A DNA stretch of 64,000 nt from NCBI GenBank assembly GCA_018396535.1, contig JAGTQC010000003.1:988-64987 (forward strand), in the 5' to 3' direction. A model generated the notes under the pieces. That model ran no database searches. It was not told the DNA's origin and saw nothing but the letters and a program-made list of their open reading frames with translations. Source of the DNA: Candidatus Bathyarchaeota archaeon (GTDB lineage: Archaea > Thermoproteota > CALKCG01 > B24 > DRYS01). This document shows, one piece after another, positions 39,884-48,605 of the stretch (its first letter is position 1; every line of letters starts with the position of its first letter). A program made the translations under genes and the position numbers.

Positions 39884-39956
39884 AGCCGGGGAGGGGATTC
39901 GAACCCCTGTGATGCGGGTCTGCAGCCCGCCGCCTACGCCTCTCAGCCACCCCGGC
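39884..39956 (-). tRNA. tRNA-Cys (anticodon GCA)
   Basis: Minus-strand sequence GCCGGGG...GCGGG-CTGCAGA-CCCGC...AGGGGTTCGAATCCCCT-CCCCGGC-T. 73 nt, no encoded CCA. Confidence 0.8.
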
Positions 39957-40055
39957 TCTACTATAGGAGGATAGGTGCTCGACTTCTATTAAGGTTTAAC
40001 TCTATAACCAGGCTTAGCTTTTTATACAGTGAAGCTTCAACTTATGGCTATCTAG

Positions 40056-40889
40056 GTGGTGTATATGAAGCTAATCTTCGGCGCTATGAACGATCCATCT
40101 AAGGATATAGTAGAGGAGGTTAGATCTATAGCGTTACTCGGCTTCGACTATATAGATCTTACAGTAGAGGGTCCTAGAGCTTCTACTAGAGATATCATGG
40201 ATAGGTTGAGAGAGTTGAGGGATGAGATATCTAGATTAGATCTGGATATAGTAGGTCATACAGCATGGTTTCTAGAATTAGCCCATCCATATGAACGTAT
40301 ACGTAGAGTTTTCCTAGAGGAAGCTTTAGAAGCTTTAGATATACTAGCTAAGCTAGATGTCGATAAGGTTACGTTCCACCCATTTCTTCTAGCTTCAAGC
40401 TTGTATCGTAGACAACCTTATAGATCTAAACTTCTAGAATACCTCATATCATCCCTTAGGGAGGTTAGTATTAGAGCAGACGATAACGGTATGAAGGTTA
40501 TGATAGAGAATATGGATGGTGGTAGGATGTGGCGTATAGATGAGTATGCTAGGATTATTAGCGAAGTAGATGTATACTTCCATCTAGATGTAGCTCATGC
40601 AAACCTGGATGTAGAATCGCTTAATCTACGATCATTTCTAGATAGATTCAAGCCTGGTGATAGACTCCTCCATATACATATATCCGATAATGTAGGAGGA
40701 TCAGCATCTAAGGGTTGGGATCTACATCTACCGATAGGTGTAGGATCGATAGATTGGGAGGAGGTATTCAGAATACTAAAGGATTACGGTTATAGTGGAA
40801 CTATAACGCTAGAAGTATTCTCTAAGGATAGGGATTATCTTAGGATGAGTCTAGATAAGGTTAGGAATCTATCATCGAGGATAGCTTAG
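40056..40889 (+). CDS. Sugar-phosphate isomerase/epimerase (xylose-isomerase-like TIM barrel) family protein
   Basis: His/Glu/Asp metal-ligand pattern spaced as in AP-endonuclease-2/xylose-isomerase-like TIM barrels. 277 aa. Confidence 0.6.
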   Translation: MVYMKLIFGAMNDPSKDIVEEVRSIALLGFDYIDLTVEGPRASTRDIMDRLRELRDEISRLDLDIVGHTAWFLELAHPYERIRRVFLEEALEALDILAKLDVDKVTFHPFLLASSLYRRQPYRSKLLEYLISSLREVSIRADDNGMKVMIENMDGGRMWRIDEYARIISEVDVYFHLDVAHANLDVESLNLRSFLDRFKPGDRLLHIHISDNVGGSASKGWDLHLPIGVGSIDWEEVFRILKDYGYSGTITLEVFSKDRDYLRMSLDKVRNLSSRIA

Positions 40890-41526
40890 ATAGCTTATAG
40901 GCTATCCTAGTAATCCTAGATGATATAGTGGAAGCTCTACCTACAGGTCTACAAAGCTTCATAGATATAGCTTCGATTATATCCTTTAGATTAACGCTAT
41001 CGCATTCGATTATGGTATATGAATCACCTATCGTATCCGGTATATGGCTATCACTACTACCGAGCTTAGCCGCTCCTAAAACCTCTGCTAGCCTAGAATT
41101 CCTAGTATAAGCTACCCTATATGGTCTTAGAGAAGCGTTTAAAACTTCTACACAATCGATCCTGGATAGCCTAGTATATCTGGAATCACCTATCCTCATA
41201 GGGTTTGGATGAGCTAATACGACTATACCTCCAAGCCTATGTATATAGTCTATGAAGCTTTGAGCATAGGTTCTCCCATGCACACATACATCTGTAACAC
41301 CTAAACCTATCATATGCCCGATTTCAGTCTCCACTTCTAATCCAGGTATAGCGATAATCCTACCGTAAATCCTCTCTACTAATCCAGATCTAGGTGCTAT
41401 ACCGTGATCAGTAATAGCTACACCATCCAACCCCTTCATCCTAGTATAAGCTATCAAGCTAGATATACCTATAGATGAATCCCTAGATCTAACCGTATGT
41501 ACGTGTAGATCTAATTTAATTCTCAG
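40861..41526 (-). CDS. PHP-domain metal-dependent phosphoesterase; start codon is non-canonical or unresolved, and it overlaps the metG stop
   Basis: Extending the frame upstream gives ...LRIKLDLHVHTVRS... (PHP motif I) immediately after an in-frame TAG. No ATG/GTG/TTG precedes the TTG at 41457. Candidate CTG at 41524-41526 or ATT at 41518-41520. GGTGA lies 6 nt upstream of the CTG. Confidence 0.55.
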   Translation of the reverse strand: MRIKLDLHVHTVRSRDSSIGISSLIAYTRMKGLDGVAITDHGIAPRSGLVERIYGRIIAIPGLEVETEIGHMIGLGVTDVCVHGRTYAQSFIDYIHRLGGIVVLAHPNPMRIGDSRYTRLSRIDCVEVLNASLRPYRVAYTRNSRLAEVLGAAKLGSSDSHIPDTIGDSYTIIECDSVNLKDIIEAISMKLCRPVGRASTISSRITRIAYKLSKLSSMIDS

Positions 41527-43186
41527 CTAGCTTCACCCTAAGCTTAGCCTCCTCCTCCTCTACATCTACCTTAGATATCTTCTCAAAGAATATCTTCGGC
41601 TTCCCTATCCTAGCACCGGGTTTGAACTCCATGTACACCTCATCCCACCTAACCATCTCATCTAAACCGAGGATTCTTCTAAGCTCGATCGCAGTGTATG
41701 GTAGATACATGAATAATAGTACACTAAGCTTATAGATTATCTGTAAAGCTACGTATATAGTCCTAGCAGCTTCATCCCTAGAAACCCTCCAAGGCTCCCT
41801 TTCGTTAAGTAATCTATTCCCGAGAGCGGATAATTCTAGTATATGGGAGAGCCCCTCCTTAAACCTGAAGCTCTCTAAGCTTGATTCGACTTCTCTAACC
41901 AATCTATCAGCCTCCTCTAGATACATCCTATCCTCATCCATCAGAATCTTTGGATCAGGTACCTCGCTGTTAAACAATCTATATGTTAGAGTTAGCGTTC
42001 TATACAAGAAGTTAGCTAGATTACCTATAAGTTCATCATTAACTTTAGACATGAAATCGATCCATCTAAAATCGCTATCCCTAAACTCAGGTGCTATCCT
42101 AGCAGCGTAGAATCTAATCATATCTGGATGAAACTTCTCGAGCATCTCATGCAGCCATACAACCCATCCTCGACTAGTAGATAGCTTACGCCCTTCTAAA
42201 GTTACAAATTCATTAACTACCACATTCTCAGGTAGTATATAGCCTCCGTGAGCTATTAGTAGAGCTGGGAATAGTATGGTATGGAAGAATAGGTTATCCT
42301 TACCTATGAAGCAATACAGTTCTGTACTACTATCTAACCAGAAGCGTTTCCAAGAATCGGATTCCCCCTTCTCCATAGCCCAATCCTTAGTAGCTGAGAT
42401 GTATCCTAGGAGATTCTCAGCCCAGTTATATATAACCTGCTTCTCAGCACCTGGGAACGGTGCTGGAGGACCCCAATCGTAATCTCTAGTTATATCCTTA
42501 TCCTTTAATCCCTCTCTTTTAAGCCAGTCTATAGTCTTATTATATGTAGCCCGTCTCCAATTCTTCTTAGGCTCTACATACCTTAATACATCCTCTGTTA
42601 AAGCTGAAAGTTTTAGAAACCAGTGTATAGTCCTCTGTTCTATAGGTTTAGCTCCGCATATACTACATCTAGGGTTTAATAGCTCCCATGCCTCGTACCA
42701 TCTACCACATACCTCGCATACATCTCCATACTGATCCTCCGCTCCACAATATGGGCATACACCTTTAACAAACCTATCTGGTAGAGGCCTTCTACAATTA
42801 GGACAGTATAATTGTGTAATCTCCTTAGGATATACGTAGCCTTTACGGTATAGATTCTCATAGAATTCTCTAACAGTATCATAGTGTATAGGTTTAGATG
42901 TTCTAGAGTATATATCGAAGCTTATAGCTAGTTTTTCGAAGACGGTCTTCTGTATATCGTAATACTTATCGCATAATTCTCTAGGTGTTAAACCCTGTTT
43001 TAAAGCTTCTAGGATTACAGAGGCGGCATTTTCATCGGTTCCGCAGACGAAGAGGACTTCATCACCCTTCATCCTTCTAAACCTAGCATATATATCTGCT
43101 GGGAGGTATGCTCCAGCTAGATGGCCGAAATGTCTTGGAGCGTATACATACGGGAGAGCCGCTGTTATTAGTATACGCTTACCCAG
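41516..43186 (-). CDS. metG: Methionyl-tRNA synthetase; true start lies upstream of the first ATG, probably CTG at 43184-43186
   Basis: KLSTS (KMSKS) and a zinc knuckle CPYCG...CEVCG. The essential HIGH-region KRILITAALPYVYAPRHFGH lies upstream of the ATG at 43072, directly after an in-frame TGA. GGAGGTG lies 8 nt upstream of the CTG. Confidence 0.8.
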   Translation of the reverse strand: MGKRILITAALPYVYAPRHFGHLAGAYLPADIYARFRRMKGDEVLFVCGTDENAASVILEALKQGLTPRELCDKYYDIQKTVFEKLAISFDIYSRTSKPIHYDTVREFYENLYRKGYVYPKEITQLYCPNCRRPLPDRFVKGVCPYCGAEDQYGDVCEVCGRWYEAWELLNPRCSICGAKPIEQRTIHWFLKLSALTEDVLRYVEPKKNWRRATYNKTIDWLKREGLKDKDITRDYDWGPPAPFPGAEKQVIYNWAENLLGYISATKDWAMEKGESDSWKRFWLDSSTELYCFIGKDNLFFHTILFPALLIAHGGYILPENVVVNEFVTLEGRKLSTSRGWVVWLHEMLEKFHPDMIRFYAARIAPEFRDSDFRWIDFMSKVNDELIGNLANFLYRTLTLTYRLFNSEVPDPKILMDEDRMYLEEADRLVREVESSLESFRFKEGLSHILELSALGNRLLNEREPWRVSRDEAARTIYVALQIIYKLSVLLFMYLPYTAIELRRILGLDEMVRWDEVYMEFKPGARIGKPKIFFEKISKVDVEEEEAKLRVKLAEN

Positions 43187-43286
43187 TTCTCAGACACCTC
43201 CACTCCTCTTCTAGCATCTACATCTAAGTTATCGTTAAGCCTATAGGATTCAAGTAAATATTTCCCGCTATTAATCTGAATACGCC

Positions 43287-43706
43287 TTACATTCTATCCT
43301 TAGTAAGTCTTTCCATACTCTGCTTGAGCATGCATCTAATCGTAGATGGATCTACTCGTTCACCCTTTGCTTTCTTAATTAGAGCCCATAAACCTATAAC
43401 TCCAAGCCCCATAGCATCGCTTAGAAACGGTTCTGGAAACAATATTAGGAGCCATGCTAGGAGTAGCAGGTTATCCTCTAGACCTGGTTTTAAATTTTCC
43501 CTATTAATTTCGATCCTCCTCATTAAGGTTCTAGCTTCGATTAGAAGATGTCTCCTCCTCTCTAAAGGTAGATTCTCCAGGTTCAATGCTTCATAGATTA
43601 ACCTGTAAGGCTCTACCTTTAGATATGTATCTACAGCTCTATGAAACTTATCTATACTTTTAAGCTTCTTCTCTAGATTTAATATAGCTTTATCTATGCT
43701 ATCCAT
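43287..43706 (-). CDS. Hypothetical protein with one predicted TM helix
   Basis: ORF only. No recognisable motif. Confidence 0.3.
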   Translation of the reverse strand: MDSIDKAILNLEKKLKSIDKFHRAVDTYLKVEPYRLIYEALNLENLPLERRRHLLIEARTLMRRIEINRENLKPGLEDNLLLLAWLLILFPEPFLSDAMGLGVIGLWALIKKAKGERVDPSTIRCMLKQSMERLTKDRM

Positions 43707-43837
43707 CTTATCTTCGATCTCCTTCTATCAGATATTAAGCATTATACTCGCTCTACATATAAAAGCGGTCTTAAGATTGATTCTCAACTATACACTACTT
43801 CTAGACTATAGTATTATACTAAACGATAACGAGTAGC

Positions 43838-44311
43838 TTGATCAACGGAGGAATGTTTATTAAAATATGTAGCATACATTCTATACCAGTTATGAGTGGA
43901 TTCAAATTCGATTATGAATCTATGCTTGATGAAGCTTATAGTAGACTCCCATCTAAATTAAAATCTACAGGTAGGTTTGAAGTTCCACGTCCTAGAGTAG
44001 AGGCAGCTGGTAAGAGGACTATAATCCTAAATTTCAAACAGATAGCGGAAGCTATGAATAGAGATGAGAAGGAGTTAGCTAATTACCTAGTTAGGGAGCT
44101 TGGTACAGCCCCCTCGTTTGAAGGTGATAATCTCGTACTACAGGGTAGGTTTAGCCAGCAGAGTGTGGAGAGAGCTATCAACACATATATAAGGGATTAT
44201 GTAGTGTGTCCTGTATGTAAGAGGCCAGATACAGTTTTAGTTAAAGAGAAAAAATTCCTATTCCTAGTATGTCAAGCATGTGGTGCTAGATCATCTGTTA
44301 GACCATACTAA
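43838..44311 (+). CDS. eif2b: Translation initiation factor aIF2 beta subunit
   Basis: C-terminal C4 zinc ribbon CPVCKRPDT...CQACG and a conserved N-terminal aIF2-beta core. 157 aa; the true start may be internal. Confidence 0.7.
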   Translation: MINGGMFIKICSIHSIPVMSGFKFDYESMLDEAYSRLPSKLKSTGRFEVPRPRVEAAGKRTIILNFKQIAEAMNRDEKELANYLVRELGTAPSFEGDNLVLQGRFSQQSVERAINTYIRDYVVCPVCKRPDTVLVKEKKFLFLVCQACGARSSVRPY

Positions 44312-44829
44312 TACTCTATCCCCTTCCTAGCTGGTATACCTAGATAGAATGGATGCTTAACCTCGATCATCTCTGTAACAAGATCTGCTCTCTCTATAAG
44401 CTCTCTAGGAGCATTTCTCCCTGTTAAGACTACTACTGTTTCATCTGGTACTGCATCTAGGAGGGATATAATATCTTCAACTTTAAGTAAGCCTGCAGCT
44501 GCTGCGAGGTTTACTTCATCTAGAATTAATACTCTAGGCCTCCTCTCCAGAGCCTTCCACGCGAATTCTAAGCCAGCTTTAGCTAGCTCGTAATCTATCG
44601 AGGTAGGTTTACTTAGATCTATAAACTCCTCTCTGCCAAACTGATATATCTCGTATTCAGGTGAAAGCCTATCCTTAATCCTATACTCACCTACATCCTT
44701 TCTACCTTTAAGAAATTGCAATATAATGACCTTATACCCATGGCCTACTGCTCTTAAGGCTAAGCCGAATGCTGTTAGGCTTTTCCCCTCACCACTTCCA
44801 GTATATAGATGAATATTACCCTTACTCAT
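44308..44829 (-). CDS. cobO: Cob(I)yrinic acid a,c-diamide adenosyltransferase (CobA/CobO/BtuR family)
   Basis: IHLYTGSGEGKSLTAFGLALRAVG P-loop and size (173 aa) typical of CobA-type ATP:corrinoid adenosyltransferases. Confidence 0.7.
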   Translation of the reverse strand: MSKGNIHLYTGSGEGKSLTAFGLALRAVGHGYKVIILQFLKGRKDVGEYRIKDRLSPEYEIYQFGREEFIDLSKPTSIDYELAKAGLEFAWKALERRPRVLILDEVNLAAAAGLLKVEDIISLLDAVPDETVVVLTGRNAPRELIERADLVTEMIEVKHPFYLGIPARKGIEY

Positions 44830-45015
44830 AGCGTTACCTTAAACCTAAATTAGATTTGAGATGAGGTTAAAAATTTACTTCAGTCTACATAGATTATAGA
44901 TAGTGCTCATATATTTAGTTATATAATTTGGCCATCTTTAAACATGATTCAGCAATTTTTAAATCTCAGATCTTCCAGGGTATCATAACCTATATCCTAC
45001 TAGGGAATCAAAACT

Positions 45016-45027
45016 GTACAGCTGTAC
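45016..45027. promoter_or_regulatory. Perfect 12-nt palindrome GTACAGCTGTAC about 10 nt upstream of the MFS transporter start; candidate regulator binding site
   Basis: Exact inverted repeat in the 5' region of 45037. Confidence 0.25.
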
Positions 45028-45036
45028 TGGTGAGGT

Positions 45037-46224
45037 ATGGTGAAGGGGCTTCATCCACGTAACGTTCTACTCATAGTTACTCTATCTCATACTATGCAGC
45101 ATATATTCGTAGGATCATCCATCCTCTTCCCTCTTATAATTTCAGAGTTGAACCTAGATTACACTACGTTCGGTGTAATCATAGCTTTAGCATCATCGAT
45201 CGGAGGTCTATCACAAATGATGTTTAGTATAGCTAGCCGTAGAGTATCTAGGCATATACTCCTAGGATCTGGTAATATGGCTCTATCGATAGGTATGATT
45301 ATCACAGGTTTATCGAAAGGTATCTCAGATCTCGCTTTTGCAAGGCTCCTCTCGAACATAGGTACTGCCCCTCAGCATCCTATAGGTACTGCGATAATAA
45401 GTGAGAAATTCGATAGTAGGTCTACTGGTAAAGCGTTAGGCTTCCATTACGGTATAGCGTATATAGGTAATATAGTTGGGCCTATTCTGATGACGGTATC
45501 AGCTATAGCTTTAGGTTGGAGGATGACATTTCTCATATTCTCTATACCAGCTCTCATAGTAGGTTTAACTATCGTATGGTATCTAGGTAAGGATCCAAGT
45601 ATATCTGGTAGAGGTATAAGGGATAGGCATGCGGTTAAGGATCTAAAGTCTGATCTAACTTCTATCTTAAGGGTTAGAGGTATACCCTTTGTACTGGCTT
45701 CTCAGATAGCGATATCCGGTGGAGTAGATATAGGGATATTAACTACATATATACCTATCTTCCTCGCAGATTTTATAAGAATTGATGTATACGAGAGGAG
45801 CCTCATATATGCTATAGGCCTTCTTGGTGGATCCATAGGGCCACTTCTCCTTGGAAGATATGGAGATATAGCTGGCTACCTAAGGATAGCTCCCACAGCC
45901 GCTGGGATAGCTTCTATCCTAGTTTATTCTATGGTGATGCATAAGTCTAGCAGCATACTTCTAGCATTACACATATTTCTTCTTATGTTCACAGGCTTCT
46001 CCCTACCGACCTTGCTACAATCCTACATAGTTAGATCTGTATATGGGTATGATAGGGATCTAGTTGTAGGATTATTCTTTACTGTAAATTTCATCTCTAA
46101 TTCTATATGGGCTGCTGTGATAGGATATATCGTAGATGTATACTCATCATTCGATCCAGCTCTCATACTAATGGGTTCACTTGGCTTAATAGGGATGCTT
46201 ATCCTACTAGTCCAAATTAATTAG
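45037..46224 (+). CDS. MFS-type transporter
   Basis: About 12 predicted TM helices and an overall MFS-like layout. 395 aa. Confidence 0.65.
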   Translation: MVKGLHPRNVLLIVTLSHTMQHIFVGSSILFPLIISELNLDYTTFGVIIALASSIGGLSQMMFSIASRRVSRHILLGSGNMALSIGMIITGLSKGISDLAFARLLSNIGTAPQHPIGTAIISEKFDSRSTGKALGFHYGIAYIGNIVGPILMTVSAIALGWRMTFLIFSIPALIVGLTIVWYLGKDPSISGRGIRDRHAVKDLKSDLTSILRVRGIPFVLASQIAISGGVDIGILTTYIPIFLADFIRIDVYERSLIYAIGLLGGSIGPLLLGRYGDIAGYLRIAPTAAGIASILVYSMVMHKSSSILLALHIFLLMFTGFSLPTLLQSYIVRSVYGYDRDLVVGLFFTVNFISNSIWAAVIGYIVDVYSSFDPALILMGSLGLIGMLILLVQIN

Positions 46225-46324
46225 ATAAGTCTTGATTATATTAGGATCCCCGTCTTTAAAAATAGTTATATCCCTACGTAGAGTTTAAATATATGGTATC
46301 TAAACCTTGAAATGCTAAGAAGGT

Positions 46325-47140
46325 TTGAATCTCGAGGTAGTCGAAAAAACGGAAGATTCATTAGCGTTAATCATACATAGTTTACCCTTAGGTCTAATTA
46401 ACGCTATAAGGAGGATAATGATAGCTGAAGTTCCATCGATGGCTATAGATGACGTATTGATAGTAGAGAATAGCTCTTTCATATACGATGAAGTTTTAGC
46501 TCATAGACTTGGACTTATACCGCTTATAACCGATTTAGACTCGTTTGTTAAACCTGAAGACTGTGATTGTGGAGAACCCTTAGGTTGTGGTCGATGCAGG
46601 GCGGTCCTACTGCTAGATGTGGAAGCTAAAGACTCTATAAGGGTTGTATATTCTTCAGATCTAAAACCAGACCCATCTAATCCTACAGTTAGACCTGTGA
46701 ATCCAGATATACCTATAGCTAAGCTTGCCCCAGGCCAGAGGATCAAATTAGAAGCTTACGCCAGACTGGGTGTAGGTTTGCAGCATGCTAAATGGCAGCC
46801 TGTGACTGTATGCTATCACAGATATATAGCTTCTATCACTATCCATAGAGATAGATGTGATGGATGCGGTAGATGCGTGGATGTATGTTATCGAAAAGTT
46901 CTAGCCCTAATAAATGGTATAGTTAGTCCAGTTAATATACTTGAATGTACTTTATGTAATGATTGTGTAACTTCATGTCCTAGAGCAGCTATAGAGGTTA
47001 GGCCTGAGAAAGACTCCTTCTACTTAAAATTTGAAACTACGGGTTCGCTCCCCCCTCAAAGGATATTCGAAGAGGCGCTTAAAATCCTTAGAGCTAAAGC
47101 CTCAGAGTTCGTATCTAAGCTTGGAGGTGTAGAAAGGTGA
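46325..47140 (+). CDS. rpoD: DNA-directed RNA polymerase subunit D (Rpo3) with a 4Fe-4S ferredoxin-like insertion
   Basis: LINAIRRIMIAEVPSMAID. CDGCGRCVDVC and CTLCNDCVTSC cluster motifs. TTG start. Confidence 0.85.
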   Translation: MNLEVVEKTEDSLALIIHSLPLGLINAIRRIMIAEVPSMAIDDVLIVENSSFIYDEVLAHRLGLIPLITDLDSFVKPEDCDCGEPLGCGRCRAVLLLDVEAKDSIRVVYSSDLKPDPSNPTVRPVNPDIPIAKLAPGQRIKLEAYARLGVGLQHAKWQPVTVCYHRYIASITIHRDRCDGCGRCVDVCYRKVLALINGIVSPVNILECTLCNDCVTSCPRAAIEVRPEKDSFYLKFETTGSLPPQRIFEEALKILRAKASEFVSKLGGVER

Positions 47141-47493
47141 AATTAGGTAAATCTAATCCAATTCTAATAGAGACTATAAAAATCCTTAGGAATACAGCTA
47201 AATCCCGTAAGAAGCGTGTATGGGATGCTATAGCGAATAAGCTAGAAAAGCCTGGTGATATCAGGATCGTAAACGTCTCTAAACTCGATAAGTATCTTAA
47301 CGATGGTGATATAGCTGTAGTCCCAGGTAAGGTTCTAGGTGGGGGTTCTATCAGTAAGAGAGTTACCGTAGCAGCTTTAGCGTTTTCCGCAAAGGCTAAG
47401 AGTAAGATAGAATCTGCAGGTGGTAGGTGTATAAGCTTGAGGAAGCTAATCGAAGAGAATCCTGATGGATCATATGTTAAGATTATCGGGTGA
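47137..47493 (+). CDS. rpl18e: Ribosomal protein L18e
   Basis: Position in the rpoD-L18e-L13-S9-rpoN operon. Basic 118-aa protein. GTG start overlapping the rpoD stop. Confidence 0.75.
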   Translation: MKLGKSNPILIETIKILRNTAKSRKKRVWDAIANKLEKPGDIRIVNVSKLDKYLNDGDIAVVPGKVLGGGSISKRVTVAALAFSAKAKSKIESAGGRCISLRKLIEENPDGSYVKIIG

Positions 47494-47499
47494 TATAGC

Positions 47500-47952
47500 A
47501 TGTCTAATACCATTACAGATTCTATAATCATAGATGCATCCAACCATATATTAGGTAGACTTGCAAGCTTCATAGCTAAGAAACTTCTTCAGGGTTACCG
47601 AGTATTCGTGGTTAACGCTGAAAAAGCCGTAGTATCTTGTACATCTCGGCAATCTATCGTAGAAGAGTGGAAGAGTTTTATAGAGGTTGGCCGTTATAGA
47701 GCAGGGCCACTCCATTATAGGAGACCCGATAGAATACTACGTAGAGTTGTGAGGGGGATGCTCCCCTATAGAACTGAAAAGGGGCGTAGAGCTTATAAAC
47801 GATTAAAGGTATACATAGGTTTCCCTGAAGAATTGAAGGGTTGCAGTATACTGGAAGTACCAGAAGCTAAATCAGATAAGCTTAGATGTAGGTTTATAAC
47901 TCTTGCAGAATTAGCTGAGAGTATAGGTTGGAAATGTGGTGGTGAGGATTGA
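47500..47952 (+). CDS. rpl13: Ribosomal protein L13
   Basis: IIDASNHILGRLAS...VVNAEKAV. Confidence 0.85.
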   Translation: MSNTITDSIIIDASNHILGRLASFIAKKLLQGYRVFVVNAEKAVVSCTSRQSIVEEWKSFIEVGRYRAGPLHYRRPDRILRRVVRGMLPYRTEKGRRAYKRLKVYIGFPEELKGCSILEVPEAKSDKLRCRFITLAELAESIGWKCGGED

Positions 47953-48380
47953 GTAGAGCTAGAGTAGTTCGTAAGGGTTTAGTAACAGTTGGATGGAGGA
48001 AAACTGCTATTGCTAGAGCGTATATAAGAAGTGGTGGGGGTATAGTGAGAATTAATAATAAGCCGATACAGCTTCTAGAACCTGAAGAAGCACGTATACT
48101 GGCTGAGGAACCTCTCTTGATAGCTAATCTTGTAAATCCAGATATAACGAAATCTATAGATATAGATGTTAACGTCAGTGGTGGAGGGGTAATGAGTCAA
48201 GCTCAAGCTGTCAGAATGGCTATTGCAAGAGCTCTGGTTGAATGGAGCAAAGATAAAAAGCTTGAATCAATATTTAAGGATTATGATCGTACGATGCTTG
48301 TAGGCGACCCTCGTCAAACAGAACCTAAGAAATTCGGAGGGCCGGGTCCTAGAAGAAGGAGGCAAAAGAGTTATAGATAA
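47949..48380 (+). CDS. rps9: Ribosomal protein S9
   Basis: C-terminal ...GGPGPRRRRQKSYR. TTG start overlapping the L13 stop. Confidence 0.85.
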   Translation: MSRARVVRKGLVTVGWRKTAIARAYIRSGGGIVRINNKPIQLLEPEEARILAEEPLLIANLVNPDITKSIDIDVNVSGGGVMSQAQAVRMAIARALVEWSKDKKLESIFKDYDRTMLVGDPRQTEPKKFGGPGPRRRRQKSYR

Positions 48381-48383
48381 GGG

Positions 48384-48605
48384 GTGTTTACATTGGGTAT
48401 GGTCCCTATAAGATGTTTTAGTTGTGGAAAACTTCTAGCAGATAAGTGGAATTTGTTTAAATCAAGAGTCGCAAATGGTGAAGATCCAGCTAAGGTTCTA
48501 GATGATCTAGGTATAAAACGTTACTGCTGTAGAACTGTTATGCTTTCTACAGTAGAATTTATAGATGATGTAATAAAGTACGCTATATATAGGAGGCGAG
48601 AGTAA
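48384..48605 (+). CDS. rpoN: DNA-directed RNA polymerase subunit N (Rpo10)
   Basis: PIRCFSCGK...RYCCR zinc-binding motif. 73 aa; the true start is probably the internal Met. Confidence 0.8.
   Translation: MFTLGMVPIRCFSCGKLLADKWNLFKSRVANGEDPAKVLDDLGIKRYCCRTVMLSTVEFIDDVIKYAIYRRRE

Noticed and set aside
39839-40102. 87-aa plus-strand ORF
   Set aside because: It overlaps the minus-strand tRNA-Cys (39884-39956) and its promoter. Its GC-rich tRNA-derived stretch explains the open frame.
41545-41560. GAGGAGGAGGAGG repeat
   Set aside because: It lies inside the metG C-terminal coding region and encodes EEEE. It is not an independent repeat element or SD for the downstream gene, being 21 nt from the PHP candidate start.
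48384-48605. Missing rpoK as a sign of a mis-assembled operon
   Set aside because: rpoN's stop and the enolase start are contiguous, with a clean junction at 48605 and no frameshifted remnant between them. rpoK is probably encoded elsewhere.
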